A stretch of 43,624 bases of DNA from Syntrophomonadaceae bacterium. GTDB lineage: Bacteria > Bacillota > Dethiobacteria > DTU022. Below, one piece after another: positions 9,079 through 19,297 of the stretch (its first letter is position 1; every line of letters starts with the position of its first letter). The notes under the pieces were generated by a model, which saw nothing but the letters and a program-made list of their open reading frames with translations, ran no database searches and had not been told where the DNA came from. Location: assembly GCA_007119615.1 (NCBI GenBank), contig SKPH01000006.1, positions 1 through 43,624 of the forward strand, written 5' to 3'. Made by a program: the position numbers and the translations under genes.

Positions 9079-9690
9079 TTAAACAGCCTTTGTGGCTGGG
9101 ATCAAATCCCTTATCCTGCCCATGATTTCATAACTCATTTCTTCGAGTTGAGCTTTTTTATCTTCTTTATTTTCATAAACCAGCGGAGGTAAAACAAAAG
9201 CTGAACCGATATAAACGTGCAGCGGACGGAAAAACCGGTACGGCCCGACGATAGCTACAGGCACAACAGGAACCCCACTCCGAACTGCAATCATAGCTGC
9301 ACCATTGTATGCTTTTTGCAGTTTTCCGTTTTTACTCCTTGAACCCTCCGGAAAAAGGCCCAATACCTGGCCATCATTTAATAATTTATAAGCTGTTTTA
9401 ATAGCGCCGTAATCGGCTTTTTCACGATCAACCGGAAAAGCGCCGGCCATGCGAACCAGGGAAGATAATATAAAGTAGTCGAAAAGTTCTTTTTTGGCCA
9501 TAAAGCGGATGCGGTAATGAGCCGGAAATGCCGCTCCAACTGTTCCCGGGTCGGCCCATTTGATATGATTGGAACAAATGATAAAAGGTTTCCGCCCGGG
9601 AATATTTTCTGGATTGTGTACTCTCATACAATATAACAACTTCAAACAGCTATAAAAAAGAAAACGCCCGAAATAATACAAACCGCTCAC
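9079..9690 (-). CDS. plsC: 1-acyl-sn-glycerol-3-phosphate acyltransferase
   Basis: NHxxxxD (SNHIKWAD), FMAKKELF, FPEGSRS motifs; follows cmk. Confidence 0.9.
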   Translation of the reverse strand: MSGLYYFGRFLFYSCLKLLYCMRVHNPENIPGRKPFIICSNHIKWADPGTVGAAFPAHYRIRFMAKKELFDYFILSSLVRMAGAFPVDREKADYGAIKTAYKLLNDGQVLGLFPEGSRSKNGKLQKAYNGAAMIAVRSGVPVVPVAIVGPYRFFRPLHVYIGSAFVLPPLVYENKEDKKAQLEEMSYEIMGRIRDLIPATKAV

Positions 9691-9700
9691 CTGGCCTCTT

Positions 9701-10378
9701 TCAATGCAATTCCTGACTTATAACCTCTACTACTTTATTAACAACCGTCTCAAACGTCATCCCGGTAGTATCTATTACCAGGGCATCTCCGACAATGGTC
9801 AGCGGCGAATCATCTCGTTGAGAATCGATTGTATCACGATTCATGATCTCGGAAGCTACCTCTTCTTTTGTGAGAGAAATCCCTTTTTCCAGCTGTTCCT
9901 TACTTCTCCTCCGGGTTCGTTCCTCCAGGGACGCATCAAGGTATATCTTGAAGTCGGCATCGGGCATTACCCGTGATGCAATATCTCTTCCTTCCATAAC
10001 AATCCCTTTTGATTCTTCGGCAATTGCCTGCTGCATAGCTACCAGCCGGCGGCGGACCAGCGATATGCAGGAAACGGGAGAAACAAGCTCATTTACATGT
10101 GATCTCCGGATTTCCTCGGTGACATCTTTACCATCGAGATAAACTCTTTTTTCTTCGTCAAGATCAATTGAGGTTCGATCCAACAGTTCTTCAAGAGCTT
10201 CGCTGTTATTCAGATCAAGGCTTTCACGGATTACCTTCAGAGTAACTGCTCTGTACATAGCCCCGGTATCGAGATACTTGATGTTCAGGCGCTTTGCTAC
10301 TTCCCGCGCCACAGTACTCTTTCCGGCTCCAGCCGGTCCGTCTATAGCTATTCTGGGATACTTTTTCTTATCGGTCAT
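9701..10378 (-). CDS. cmk: cytidylate kinase
   Basis: IAIDGPAGAGKST, LDTGAMYRA, MEGRDI, RDTIDSQR. Confidence 0.96.
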   Translation of the reverse strand: MTDKKKYPRIAIDGPAGAGKSTVAREVAKRLNIKYLDTGAMYRAVTLKVIRESLDLNNSEALEELLDRTSIDLDEEKRVYLDGKDVTEEIRRSHVNELVSPVSCISLVRRRLVAMQQAIAEESKGIVMEGRDIASRVMPDADFKIYLDASLEERTRRRSKEQLEKGISLTKEEVASEIMNRDTIDSQRDDSPLTIVGDALVIDTTGMTFETVVNKVVEVISQELH

Positions 10379-10403
10379 TCTCCACCACGACTTACTCTCT
10401 TTT

Positions 10404-10796
10404 TTAATCTTCCGGATCCTGAATTATACTTTGAAGGTCTCTTAGTTTCACAGCCTCTTTCAGGTATATATGTTTCACCTGATCCTGGCCAAGAGTTGTA
10501 TTAACCAGCAGCAGGATCCTAATACAGAGTGGAAGAGCATCGGGGACATCGATCTCGGAATGGCAAAAAAGAGGTACCTTCACCCAGCCCATTTCCCGTG
10601 CAGCCTTGGCTGGAAAAGCACTGTTTAGATCCGGAGTGGCTGAGAATAATACAGAAGCGATATCCACTGTCTCGATATTATTGACTTTGATCATTTCAGA
10701 TAACAACTCTCGGGTAGCCTTATATATTTCATCCGGATTGTTTTCGGCGGCTGTAATAGCTCCCCTGATTCCTCGGACTGATCTTATCTTGTTCAT
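10404..10796 (-). CDS. aroH: AroH-type chorismate mutase
   Basis: RGIRGAIT, TPDLNSAFPA, CIRIL, HIYL..A..LR. Confidence 0.92.
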   Translation of the reverse strand: MNKIRSVRGIRGAITAAENNPDEIYKATRELLSEMIKVNNIETVDIASVLFSATPDLNSAFPAKAAREMGWVKVPLFCHSEIDVPDALPLCIRILLLVNTTLGQDQVKHIYLKEAVKLRDLQSIIQDPED

Positions 10797-10886
10797 CGAT
10801 CGAATTACTCCCGGCAGATAGGTTTAACCAGAAAAGCATTATTATTCTCTCACTAATACCGGCAATTTGCAAGCGATCCCTCATCT

Positions 10887-11609
10887 TTAAGCCTTGAGGC
10901 CAACCATTCTGTAAAGACTTTCAATTTCACTGCGGTCCAGGTGACGATAAGATCCCCGCGGCAGGTTAGCGGTAGTCATGCCGGCAAAACTTACCCTCCG
11001 GAGCGCCCTGACCCTGTGCCCTACTGCTGCGCACATTAATTTTACCTGCCTTTTTTTCCCTTCGGTCAGTGATATCTCCAGCAGCGTGTCTTTGTTGGAT
11101 ACTGTTTTTAAATTCCTGACTCCGGCCGGAGCTGTTTTCTCACCATCAATAACCAGGCCGGAACGTATTTGCTCCAGGGCTTCACTTTTCACCAGGCCGC
11201 TTACCCTGGCCTGGTAAACTTTCTTTACATTATAACGCGGATGCATCAGTCTGCAGGCTAATTCTCCATCATTGGTCAGCAACAGGACTCCGCTGGTATC
11301 GGCATCGAGACGGCCTACAGGATAGAGCCGTGCTTCAACATCGCTGACAAGATCGGTTACCGTCGGGCGATTATGAGTGTCACGAGTGGTAGATATATAT
11401 CCGGCCGGTTTATTCAGAAGGACATACACCTTTTCTTCAAAACCGGTGATTGGTTTGCCGTCTACAGTAATTTCATCATCATTGCCGACAATGATTTGTG
11501 GTTTGTCAGCTACGGTACCATTTACCCGCACCCGGCCTTCGCTGATAATAATTTCAGCCCGGCGGCGCGATGCAACACCTGCTCTGGCCAGGTATTTTAC
11601 CAGGCGCAT
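10887..11609 (-). CDS. rluB: rRNA pseudouridine synthase (RluB/RsuA family)
   Basis: S4 domain (RLVKYLARAGVASRR), NKPAG, catalytic VGRLD, EGKKRQV; downstream of scpB. Confidence 0.88.
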   Translation of the reverse strand: MRLVKYLARAGVASRRRAEIIISEGRVRVNGTVADKPQIIVGNDDEITVDGKPITGFEEKVYVLLNKPAGYISTTRDTHNRPTVTDLVSDVEARLYPVGRLDADTSGVLLLTNDGELACRLMHPRYNVKKVYQARVSGLVKSEALEQIRSGLVIDGEKTAPAGVRNLKTVSNKDTLLEISLTEGKKRQVKLMCAAVGHRVRALRRVSFAGMTTANLPRGSYRHLDRSEIESLYRMVGLKA

Positions 11610-11622
11610 ATTATAACCTCAT

Positions 11623-12162
11623 TTAATTTTCAGCTTGTTTTTCAACCTGTTTCTCTATTTCCAGCGGAGGAAGTTCTGCAAGATCCATGAGGCCAAAATA
11701 CTTCAGGAAATCGGGCGTAGTGTTGTAAAGCAGCGGTCTCCCGGGTCCTTCTTTACGGCCGCTAACCCGAATCAATTTTCGCTTGAGCAGGTTTTCAAGA
11801 ACATGCTCACTTCTTACCCCGCGGATTGATTCAATTTCAATCCTGGTCACCGGCTGTTTGTAGGCGATAATCGCCAGCGCTTCCAGGGCGGCAGTAGACA
11901 GGTTGCTTGAGACATCTTCACTGAAAGCTTTCTCCAGATACGGTGCAAGTTCGGGTCGGGTGCCCATCTGGTACCCCCCCGCCGCTTCAAAGATCTGCAA
12001 ACCACGCCGGGCTAAGGAAAATTCATCCTGCAGTTCCCGTACCAGGGCTGCAACTTCTTCAGACGCAATGGAAAGGACAGCGGCTATTTTATCTGCTTTT
12101 ACCGGTTCCTCGCTTAAAAATAGCAGAGCTTCAATCGTTTTTTTCTGTTCTTCCTTCTCCAC
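11623..12162 (-). CDS. scpB: SMC-Scp complex subunit ScpB
   Basis: IEALLF, LSTAALEALAIIAYKQPVTR.EIE.IRGV, GRPLLY.TT..FL..FGL. GTG start 12162 behind AGGAGGAGG. Confidence 0.95.
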   Translation of the reverse strand: MEKEEQKKTIEALLFLSEEPVKADKIAAVLSIASEEVAALVRELQDEFSLARRGLQIFEAAGGYQMGTRPELAPYLEKAFSEDVSSNLSTAALEALAIIAYKQPVTRIEIESIRGVRSEHVLENLLKRKLIRVSGRKEGPGRPLLYNTTPDFLKYFGLMDLAELPPLEIEKQVEKQAEN

Positions 12163-12946
12163 TCGCTTCCTCCTCCTGTAAAGAGTCCGGGTCCAATGTA
12201 ACAAATATTGTTCCGAAGGTATTTTCCTGTAACAATACAACCCTGCGCAGGCGGGCCATTTCCAGAAGGGCAATAAAGGTAATAATTACTTCCCAGAGCC
12301 CTCCGGCATTGATAAATTCTTTCATCGGAAGCGGCCGCCTGTGCCGGAGCAGGACAGACTGGATATAATCAGATTTTTCGGCAACCACAAAATCCTCAAC
12401 GGCGCTGAAAGCCGGTACATAAGCATCTGTCATAGTGGCTTCGGCAAAACGATGCATGATATCACTGAGCTGGTTGGCGCCTTCCCATATTGTATAAACG
12501 GTTTCCTGCCGGGTAAAAACCATCACTTTCTGCCCGCCGGTAGAACGCAGATAAATCTTTTGCTGTTCCACTTCTCTTTCTTGTAAATAGCGGGCCATTT
12601 CCCTGAAAATACGGTATTCTTCCAGGCGTTGAAACAGCTCTTCAGCGGTGTTAATCTCAAAAAGTTCTTCATCCTCTTCCCGGTTCTCACCGCTCACAGG
12701 GCGGGGCAGCAGCAGTTTCGATTTAAGCCGCAGCAGTGTGGCGGCCATAACTAAAAATTCACTGGCGATATCGAGATTAAGCTCTCTCATCGATTGCAGG
12801 TAAGAGAGATATTGATCTGTAATTTCGGCAATTGAAATAGACCAGATATCAACCTCGGCTTTCTTAATCAGGTGAAAGAGGAGGTCAAACGGACCTTCAA
12901 AAGAGGGGAGCTTAATCTTATACTCAGTCTGCTGCATAGTTTGCAT
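12131..12946 (-). CDS. scpA: segregation and condensation protein ScpA
   Basis: FEGPFDLLFHLI, ITDQYL, EFLVMAATLL.LKSK.LLP, TFIALLEM. Confidence 0.93.
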   Translation of the reverse strand: MQTMQQTEYKIKLPSFEGPFDLLFHLIKKAEVDIWSISIAEITDQYLSYLQSMRELNLDIASEFLVMAATLLRLKSKLLLPRPVSGENREEDEELFEINTAEELFQRLEEYRIFREMARYLQEREVEQQKIYLRSTGGQKVMVFTRQETVYTIWEGANQLSDIMHRFAEATMTDAYVPAFSAVEDFVVAEKSDYIQSVLLRHRRPLPMKEFINAGGLWEVIITFIALLEMARLRRVVLLQENTFGTIFVTLDPDSLQEEEASGEGRTEKND

Positions 12947-13070
12947 TTTCCTTTAATGGGCGCTCTGGTTATCAAATAATCATCTCGTTATAAACTACCC
13001 TGCTCCCAGTGGTGGGGCGGCATCGGTGAGCCGGCGACGACATCCTGTTTTTCATCCTGTGTCTTACAGG

Positions 13071-14057
13071 TTACCGCAGGCCGATCTTTTCATAAACCTG
13101 CCTTAGCTTGGTTTCGGCCCTGGCTTCGGCTCGCTTGGCACCTCTGTTCAACATGGCTTCCAGGTAACCTTTTTCTCCGGTAAGTTCCCGGTAGCGCTGT
13201 TGTAATGGCTCCAGGGTTTCTATAACAGCTTCGGCCAACTGTTCTTTCAAATCTTTGTAGCTTTTTCCGGCAAAATGATCCTCGATCTGATCCCTGGTTT
13301 TCTCAGTTACAAGCTGATAAATCGTCAGCAGATTATTTACTCCCGAACGTTTTTCATCAAACTTAATCTCCCGGTGTGAATCAGTTGTAGCTTTCTTAAT
13401 CTTAGCCCGGATTTGATCGGGAGCATCGAGCAGGAAAATCGAGTCATCTTTCTTCTCTTCACTTTTACTCATCTTTTTATCAGGGTTAGAAAGACCCATT
13501 ACCCTTCCCCCTACCGGAGGAATGTAAGCATCAGGAAGAACGAATACTTCCCCGTAGCGGTAATTAAAACGTTGGGCAATATCCCGGCAGAGTTCAACAT
13601 GCTGTTTCTGATCTTCTCCTACCGGAACCAGGTTTGTATCATAGAGCAAAATATCTGCTGCCTGCAAAACCGGATAATCGAAAAGTCCCACACTTACTTC
13701 ATCTTTAGCTTTTTCTGACTTTTCCTTAAACTGGGTCATTCGATGAAGCCAGCCCATCGGAGTAATACAGTTTAGCAACCAGGCCAATTCAGAGTGGGCT
13801 TTTACGTGGGACTGGATAAAAACTGTTGAATTATCTTCATCGATACCGGCGGCAAAAAGCAGCCCGGCCACTTCGCGGATGTTAGCTCTCAGGGTGTCAG
13901 GATCCTGGGGCACGGTTACAGTATGAAGATCAACCACACAGAAATAGTTGTCATACTGTTTCTGCATTTCTACCCAGTTTTTTATCGCTCCCAGGTAATT
14001 ACCCAGGTGCTGATTACTCGTAGCCTGTATTCCCGAAAATACTGTCTTTTTATCCAT
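13071..14057 (-). CDS. trpS: tryptophan--tRNA ligase
   Basis: FSGIQ, HLGNYLGA (HIGH motif), YPVLQAADIL, VPVGEDQKQH, KMSKS. Confidence 0.97.
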   Translation of the reverse strand: MDKKTVFSGIQATSNQHLGNYLGAIKNWVEMQKQYDNYFCVVDLHTVTVPQDPDTLRANIREVAGLLFAAGIDEDNSTVFIQSHVKAHSELAWLLNCITPMGWLHRMTQFKEKSEKAKDEVSVGLFDYPVLQAADILLYDTNLVPVGEDQKQHVELCRDIAQRFNYRYGEVFVLPDAYIPPVGGRVMGLSNPDKKMSKSEEKKDDSIFLLDAPDQIRAKIKKATTDSHREIKFDEKRSGVNNLLTIYQLVTEKTRDQIEDHFAGKSYKDLKEQLAEAVIETLEPLQQRYRELTGEKGYLEAMLNRGAKRAEARAETKLRQVYEKIGLR

Positions 14058-14090
14058 TCATAATCGCCCTCCTGTAGTGTTGCAACCTGA

Positions 14091-14729
14091 CTAAATACCC
14101 GGCAACAAACCGATAATCAGATCGTAAAATACTATAATTGAGTTGGCGACAGGAAATATAATAATCCTGAAAGCCCCGGAAAATATGAGCAATAGCAATA
14201 ACAACGGAGCGTAACGCTCGATCTGCTGGTATAATCTCATCTGGGAGCTGGGAAGAAACGACATCAAAATCTTTGAACCATCGAGTGGAGGAATCGGGAT
14301 CAGGTTAAAGATTGCCAGGTAAATATTGATCATTATCAGCTGCTGCATAAAGCTGAAGAACAATCCCCCGAAGGCAATCAACCCGGCGTTATACAACACT
14401 GTAAATATTAGTAAACTGAAAAAGCTGAGGATGAGATTGGACATCGGCCCGGCAAATGAAACCCAGCGCAGTCCTGAGCGAAAAGAGGTGAAGTTATTTG
14501 CATTGATCGGAACCGGTTTGGCCCATCCGAAACCGACGAGAAGAATCATCAGTGAACCGATGGGATCGAGATGATTAATAGGGTTAAGGTTCATGCGACC
14601 CAGTTTTTCAGCAGTGGAATCACCAAAGTGATAGGCCATCCGGGCATGGGCAAATTCATGAACCGTAATAACAATGAGTAATACGGGTATCCGAAGAGCA
14701 ATGAGAATAGGATCTAAACCGAAAAGCAA
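14091..14729 (-). CDS. site-2 protease family (M50) membrane metalloprotease
   Basis: HEFAH, AGPMSN, FNLIPIPPLDG; hydrophobic. TTG start behind AGGAGGAGG. Confidence 0.92.
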   Translation of the reverse strand: MLFGLDPILIALRIPVLLIVITVHEFAHARMAYHFGDSTAEKLGRMNLNPINHLDPIGSLMILLVGFGWAKPVPINANNFTSFRSGLRWVSFAGPMSNLILSFFSLLIFTVLYNAGLIAFGGLFFSFMQQLIMINIYLAIFNLIPIPPLDGSKILMSFLPSSQMRLYQQIERYAPLLLLLLIFSGAFRIIIFPVANSIIVFYDLIIGLLPGI

Positions 14730-17408
14730 TTAATCCTCCTCCTTTCTTTTTTCTGTTTCCAGATACTTTATCACATAATCGAGCTCCTCCTGAGGAGTAT
14801 TGACTTCTCCATCCAGAACAGCTTGCTTAAGGCTATCTATTATTTGCCGGTAACGCGGCCCCGGCTCCAAACCCATTTTTTTCAAATCGCCTCCATCAAG
14901 ACGCGGGCGGATATAGCGCAGCCCGTCCATGTAGATCTTCAGGTGATCCATGACAGCAACGCTTTCGGTCAAGGCATGGGCCAACATGAGGGCTTCGATA
15001 GGCAGGGGTTCAAGATAGCGGACCACTGTGCTGGGGTTCAGATCTTCCCGGCCCAGCTTTTCAAGAACTGTGGGAACTTCCCGGCAGGCCTGAAAAATAA
15101 TTGAAGCTCTCTCTTGTGATAAGTTCAACTTACTTATTATAACAGAGAGGTCTGCAGATTCCAAACCACAGAACAAACCGCTAAGATATGTTAACTCCTT
15201 ATCAGGTTTTTTTTCCCACTCCCGGTTGTATGCCCAGTCCAAAACATTTTCAAGCTCAAAAAGGAGCTGCCAGATTTGTTGGCCCGGGTTTGTTCGTGGG
15301 TAGAGGTAAGGCATTAATCCCAGCTGATCAAAACGCCTGAGAATGTTAACTGGCGAGGGCTCATTGTAGATAAACCTTAATTCCCTGTTTAACCGCTGCC
15401 TGCTCACTTTTTCCAATACTTTTTGCTCAATTGCTTTTTCAATCCTCTCAAGAGTGTTCGGTTCTATTGTAAAAGCATAGCGTTGCTCAAACCTTACAGC
15501 CCGAAGGATGCGAAGTGGGTCATCAACAAAACTGAGCTGGTAAAGCGCCCTGATTATTTTACTCTGCAGGTCGCATCTTCCGTTAAAGTAATCGTAAAGT
15601 TCACCGTAATTATCTCCCACGAGAGAGCAGGCCATTGTATTTATCGTAAAATCGCGGCGGAAAAGATCGTTTTTTAAACTGGAACTTTCAACGCTTGGCA
15701 GGGCAGCCGGCGAAAGATAGAACTCTTTTCTCGCGGTGACCAGATCCAGCCTGAAACCATCTTCAAGTTCTATCGATGCTGTGCCAAATTGTTCAAAATG
15801 TTTCATACTGCCCGCTAACAGTTTATTCAGATTCCGGGCGAAATCCACGGCATCACCGAGAACCACGAAGTCAAGATCTTTTTCAAGAGGATATTTAAGC
15901 AGAAGATCCCTGATCATGCCGCCAACAAGATATATTTTTATATTCTGCCGCTCGGCAAGGCTTCTGACTCGCAGCAACAGTTTTTGTATTCGGGCCGGCA
16001 TTTCGCTTTGAATCAACGGCAAAATATTAACATCCTTTTCCTGGTCAAAATACCCGGACTCAGTTTCTGAAGTTGATTCGGTTCCTGCAACCTGGCTTAA
16101 TTTTTGTTTTAAAGATCGTCCTCTTCTGTCGAGAGAACTCAAGTAACGAAGGATATCGGAGCGGGTGACAATACCGACCAGGGCTCCGCTTGAATCAACA
16201 AGGGGAATCCGGCCGATATTTTCTTCAACCATCAGCCTGCGCAGTTCTGTCAGTGACTGTTCAGGCGCCGCAGTAATCAGTTTGCGGGACATAAAACCTT
16301 TTACCGGTGCGTGCCCCAGGCTGCTGCGCAACCCTTTGTGCAGGTCGCGGCGGGAAATGATCCCGACCAGACGCCCATCTTCAGTAACCGGAGCCCCTTT
16401 AAAGCTGTGTTCAGACAGCAATTGATCGGCTTCTTCAAGAGTGGTTTCGCTCTTTACAGTCAGGACCGGTTTGGATGCCGCTTTTTCAGCAGTAACCGCC
16501 GGCGGAAGGTAGTATTTCAGAAACTCAACCACCTGCTCCCTGACTTCTTCCACCTCAACCCCTTTGAAATGCGCAGAAACCACCCCGGGGTAACCTTTTA
16601 CATTAAACGGCGCCAGCAGTTCTACCAGGTCCACATCTTCATCTTTGGATCTTGCCGCCAGGTATATGCTATCGGTCATCTGAATAATGATCACTGTCAG
16701 GCTGGCATCTTCAATCTCATCCAGAAGCTGTAGTATTACGGCGGCTCCGTCAACATATTCATCGAGAATTGTAGTGCTAATCAAAACACGCCGCTGGTTT
16801 AATTCATAGAATTCACTGTTATGGAGTAATTTTTCCAGGAGTTCCTTCTGGACATCAGTAAGAGGCGACCGCAGATATTCCTGGATCAACTTTGTGCTGA
16901 GACCATTTTCCCAAAGATAGGCTACGGCTTTTGCGTCCCTGGCAGTAGAGATTTCATAAGTAAGACAACCTGTGTCTTCGTAAATGCCAAGGGTAAACAG
17001 GGTCGCCTCAAACTCTGTTAAAGGCAGTTTTCTTTTAATAATATCTTCCAGTAAAATAGTTGTCGTCGCACCAACCGGCTCAATCCTGGCTGAATCTGCT
17101 CCCAGATCTTCTTCGCCCGGGTGATGGTCGTAGACTGTAATGTGCCCGGCCTGATCGAGAAGTGAGGCCCATTTCCCCAATCGCTCCTTCCGATTTGTGT
17201 CCACTACAATGAGCGAGTTGAGTTTTTGATCGAGATCTTTTGGATCGCTTAGCGGCAGCAGGTCACGATAAAGATTAATGAATGCACGGACATTAGGCTG
17301 CAGGGGTTCAGGCATCAGGGCGGTAGTTCCGGGATATAGCTTTGTAGCGGCAACCAGTGCCGCCAGGGCATCAAAATCTCCGTTTACATGCGTGATTATT
17401 AAATTCAC
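14730..17408 (-). CDS. DHH/DHHA1 phosphoesterase + CBS pair + tRNA nucleotidyltransferase (CCA- or A-adding)
   Basis: DHH motifs THVNGDFDA, VDT, YDHH, GIYEDTG; two CBS domains (GIISRRD, GIVTRSD); NTase motifs LVGGMIRD..DLDF, RRDFTIN, DDPLRILRAVRF. GTG start 17408. Confidence 0.88.
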   Translation of the reverse strand: MNLIITHVNGDFDALAALVAATKLYPGTTALMPEPLQPNVRAFINLYRDLLPLSDPKDLDQKLNSLIVVDTNRKERLGKWASLLDQAGHITVYDHHPGEEDLGADSARIEPVGATTTILLEDIIKRKLPLTEFEATLFTLGIYEDTGCLTYEISTARDAKAVAYLWENGLSTKLIQEYLRSPLTDVQKELLEKLLHNSEFYELNQRRVLISTTILDEYVDGAAVILQLLDEIEDASLTVIIIQMTDSIYLAARSKDEDVDLVELLAPFNVKGYPGVVSAHFKGVEVEEVREQVVEFLKYYLPPAVTAEKAASKPVLTVKSETTLEEADQLLSEHSFKGAPVTEDGRLVGIISRRDLHKGLRSSLGHAPVKGFMSRKLITAAPEQSLTELRRLMVEENIGRIPLVDSSGALVGIVTRSDILRYLSSLDRRGRSLKQKLSQVAGTESTSETESGYFDQEKDVNILPLIQSEMPARIQKLLLRVRSLAERQNIKIYLVGGMIRDLLLKYPLEKDLDFVVLGDAVDFARNLNKLLAGSMKHFEQFGTASIELEDGFRLDLVTARKEFYLSPAALPSVESSSLKNDLFRRDFTINTMACSLVGDNYGELYDYFNGRCDLQSKIIRALYQLSFVDDPLRILRAVRFEQRYAFTIEPNTLERIEKAIEQKVLEKVSRQRLNRELRFIYNEPSPVNILRRFDQLGLMPYLYPRTNPGQQIWQLLFELENVLDWAYNREWEKKPDKELTYLSGLFCGLESADLSVIISKLNLSQERASIIFQACREVPTVLEKLGREDLNPSTVVRYLEPLPIEALMLAHALTESVAVMDHLKIYMDGLRYIRPRLDGGDLKKMGLEPGPRYRQIIDSLKQAVLDGEVNTPQEELDYVIKYLETEKRKEED

Positions 17409-17727
17409 TTCATACACCTGTTTTCTCCAAGGCTTTGCTATCTTAAAATAATTGATCTTACCCGGCGTTTCCAGGTATAACATATGAGTAGCAGTAGCTA
17501 CCCTGCCGCGGCAACTTCACCGTCACTTCACCGGTTTAAAGTCCCGGAAGAATTTCAGGAAGCTGCTCAAACCCGGGTAGTTGATTGCACTGCCTTTAGT
17601 TAATCAAACTTCTCAACTACAGCTTTGGGAGTATTGAAATCTTGATCTCCATACATTTTAGCAGCAGGAAAAGCGCCGGCGCCGGACGCTATCCGGGACG
17701 ATCGCCAGACCCCGCTTCACCGGCAAA

Positions 17728-18615
17728 TCAGGCCCGGGGATGCGATTTATCATATACTTCTCTAATCTTTCTGCGGGTAATCTGGGTATAAATCTGAGTC
17801 GTAGAGATATCGGAGTGGCCAAGCATTTCCTGGACAGACCTTAAATCTGCACCGTTCTCCAGCAGATGCGTAGCAAAAGAATGGCGGAGAGTATGCGGGG
17901 TTACGTCGCCTTTAATATTAGATTTTCTGGCATATTTTTTAAGTATTTTCCAAAAGCCCTGTCTTGTCATTCGACTGCCGTGATGGTTAACAAAAAGAGC
18001 CGGTTCACCGTTCTTTTTAAGTTGTTTCGCCCTTGATTTATCCAGGTAGTCATTAACATAGTTAATTGCTATGGAACCAATAGGCACAATACGCTCCTTC
18101 ATACCTTTGCCCCGGCAGCGCAGGTAGCCTACAAGAGGATCAAAATCGGTGATGTTGAGGGAAACCAACTCCGATACTCTAATCCCGGAGGCATAAAGCA
18201 GCTCCAGCATAGCCCTGTCCCTCAGCCCGTTATGCTCTCCAGGCTTTGGCTGGGAAAGCAACTGGTCCACTTCCTGTGTAGTCAGAACACGGGGAAGCCT
18301 TTTTTCAATACGCGGCGACTCCAGCTCCAGAGCCGGGTTGCTTTCAATTACTCCTTCCTGGAGGAGATAGTTAAAAAAAGATCGGATTGACGCAATACAG
18401 CGTGATATCGAGGAAGTTGCGTTGCCGTTCTTTTTTAATTCGCCAATAAATATGTTTAATGATTCCCGGTCGATTATTTCCGGTTCTTTGATTTTTCTTT
18501 TGTCCATGAATGTAATAAATTTATTCAGATCGCGCCGGTAAGATTCCAATGTATTCTTGGAAAGGCCTTTTTCTACCGCCAGGTAATTACTATATTCTTG
18601 TAAAAGTTTCTGCAT
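17728..18615 (-). CDS. xerD: site-specific tyrosine recombinase XerD
   Basis: LAVEKGLSKNT..Y, RDRAMLELLYASGIRVSEL, GKGMKER, HTLRHSFATHLLENGADLRSVQEMLGH, TTQIY; standard position after nudF. Confidence 0.93.
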   Translation of the reverse strand: MQKLLQEYSNYLAVEKGLSKNTLESYRRDLNKFITFMDKRKIKEPEIIDRESLNIFIGELKKNGNATSSISRCIASIRSFFNYLLQEGVIESNPALELESPRIEKRLPRVLTTQEVDQLLSQPKPGEHNGLRDRAMLELLYASGIRVSELVSLNITDFDPLVGYLRCRGKGMKERIVPIGSIAINYVNDYLDKSRAKQLKKNGEPALFVNHHGSRMTRQGFWKILKKYARKSNIKGDVTPHTLRHSFATHLLENGADLRSVQEMLGHSDISTTQIYTQITRRKIREVYDKSHPRA

Positions 18616-18663
18616 GGGTATTGCTGTCCTCACATATGACAATTAATATTGAAGTATAAAGCA

Positions 18664-18691
18664 ATTCAACACCGGTATATTAAATACCTTC
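18664..18691 (-). promoter_or_regulatory. sigma-H-like promoter upstream of xerD
   Basis: GAAGGTATT...GAAT: AGGT (18689-18686), 18 nt, GAAT (18667-18664). Confidence 0.35.
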
Positions 18692-18737
18692 TAGAATTGG
18701 GCAATCTGAATAAATATATTTAATTTATTGGCAACTT

Positions 18738-19268
18738 TTAAATTCCCCTGAGCATTGCTTCCTGCAGCGCAATAATTGTTTTACCATCTTTAATCTGGCC
18801 GGACTTAATCATTTCCAGGGCTTCGGACAGGGGAACAGTAACTACACTGATTCTCTCTTCCGGGTCGGTGGTCGGGGCTGTGGATTCTTTTAAATCCGTG
18901 ACCTCAAAGATGTAAATTAATTCATCACAAAAACCGGGAGAAGGATAAAATAAAAATAACTCCCTCCACTTTCCACCTTCAAGTCCGGTTTCTTCCAACA
19001 ATTCACGACGAGCACACTCCAGTGGTTCTTCGTTTGGCTCAAGTTTGCCTGCCGGGATCTCCAGGAGGATCTGCCCCGCAGGCTGACGGTGTTGTTTAAC
19101 CAGGATGATACCCTTCTTTTCATCGAGTACCAGCATGGCAACTGCACCTGGATGCTCAACTATTTCGCGAAAAGCAATCTGCCCTCCGGATATTTTAACC
19201 CGATCCTGGCGGACATTGATAATCCTGCCCCGGTAAAGATAGCTGGTCGACAGGGTTTCTTCATGCAA
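18738..19268 (-). CDS. nudF: NUDIX hydrolase, ADP-ribose pyrophosphatase
   Basis: REIVEHPGAV, Nudix box GKLEPNEEPLECARRELLEETG, SPGFCDE, IKDGKT. Confidence 0.88.
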   Translation of the reverse strand: MHEETLSTSYLYRGRIINVRQDRVKISGGQIAFREIVEHPGAVAMLVLDEKKGIILVKQHRQPAGQILLEIPAGKLEPNEEPLECARRELLEETGLEGGKWRELFLFYPSPGFCDELIYIFEVTDLKESTAPTTDPEERISVVTVPLSEALEMIKSGQIKDGKTIIALQEAMLRGI

Positions 19269-19297
19269 CCGGTCGCTAATTAGCTTTCACCTCACAA

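Noticed and set aside
14058-14090. T-box leader for trpS
   Set aside because: Only 33 nt separate trpS from the upstream protease gene, and there is no T-box sequence.
17728-18615. Tyrosine recombinase as a phage or island integrase
   Set aside because: The sequence is typical of chromosomal XerD in its conserved position after nudF; no att repeats or mobile cargo were seen.
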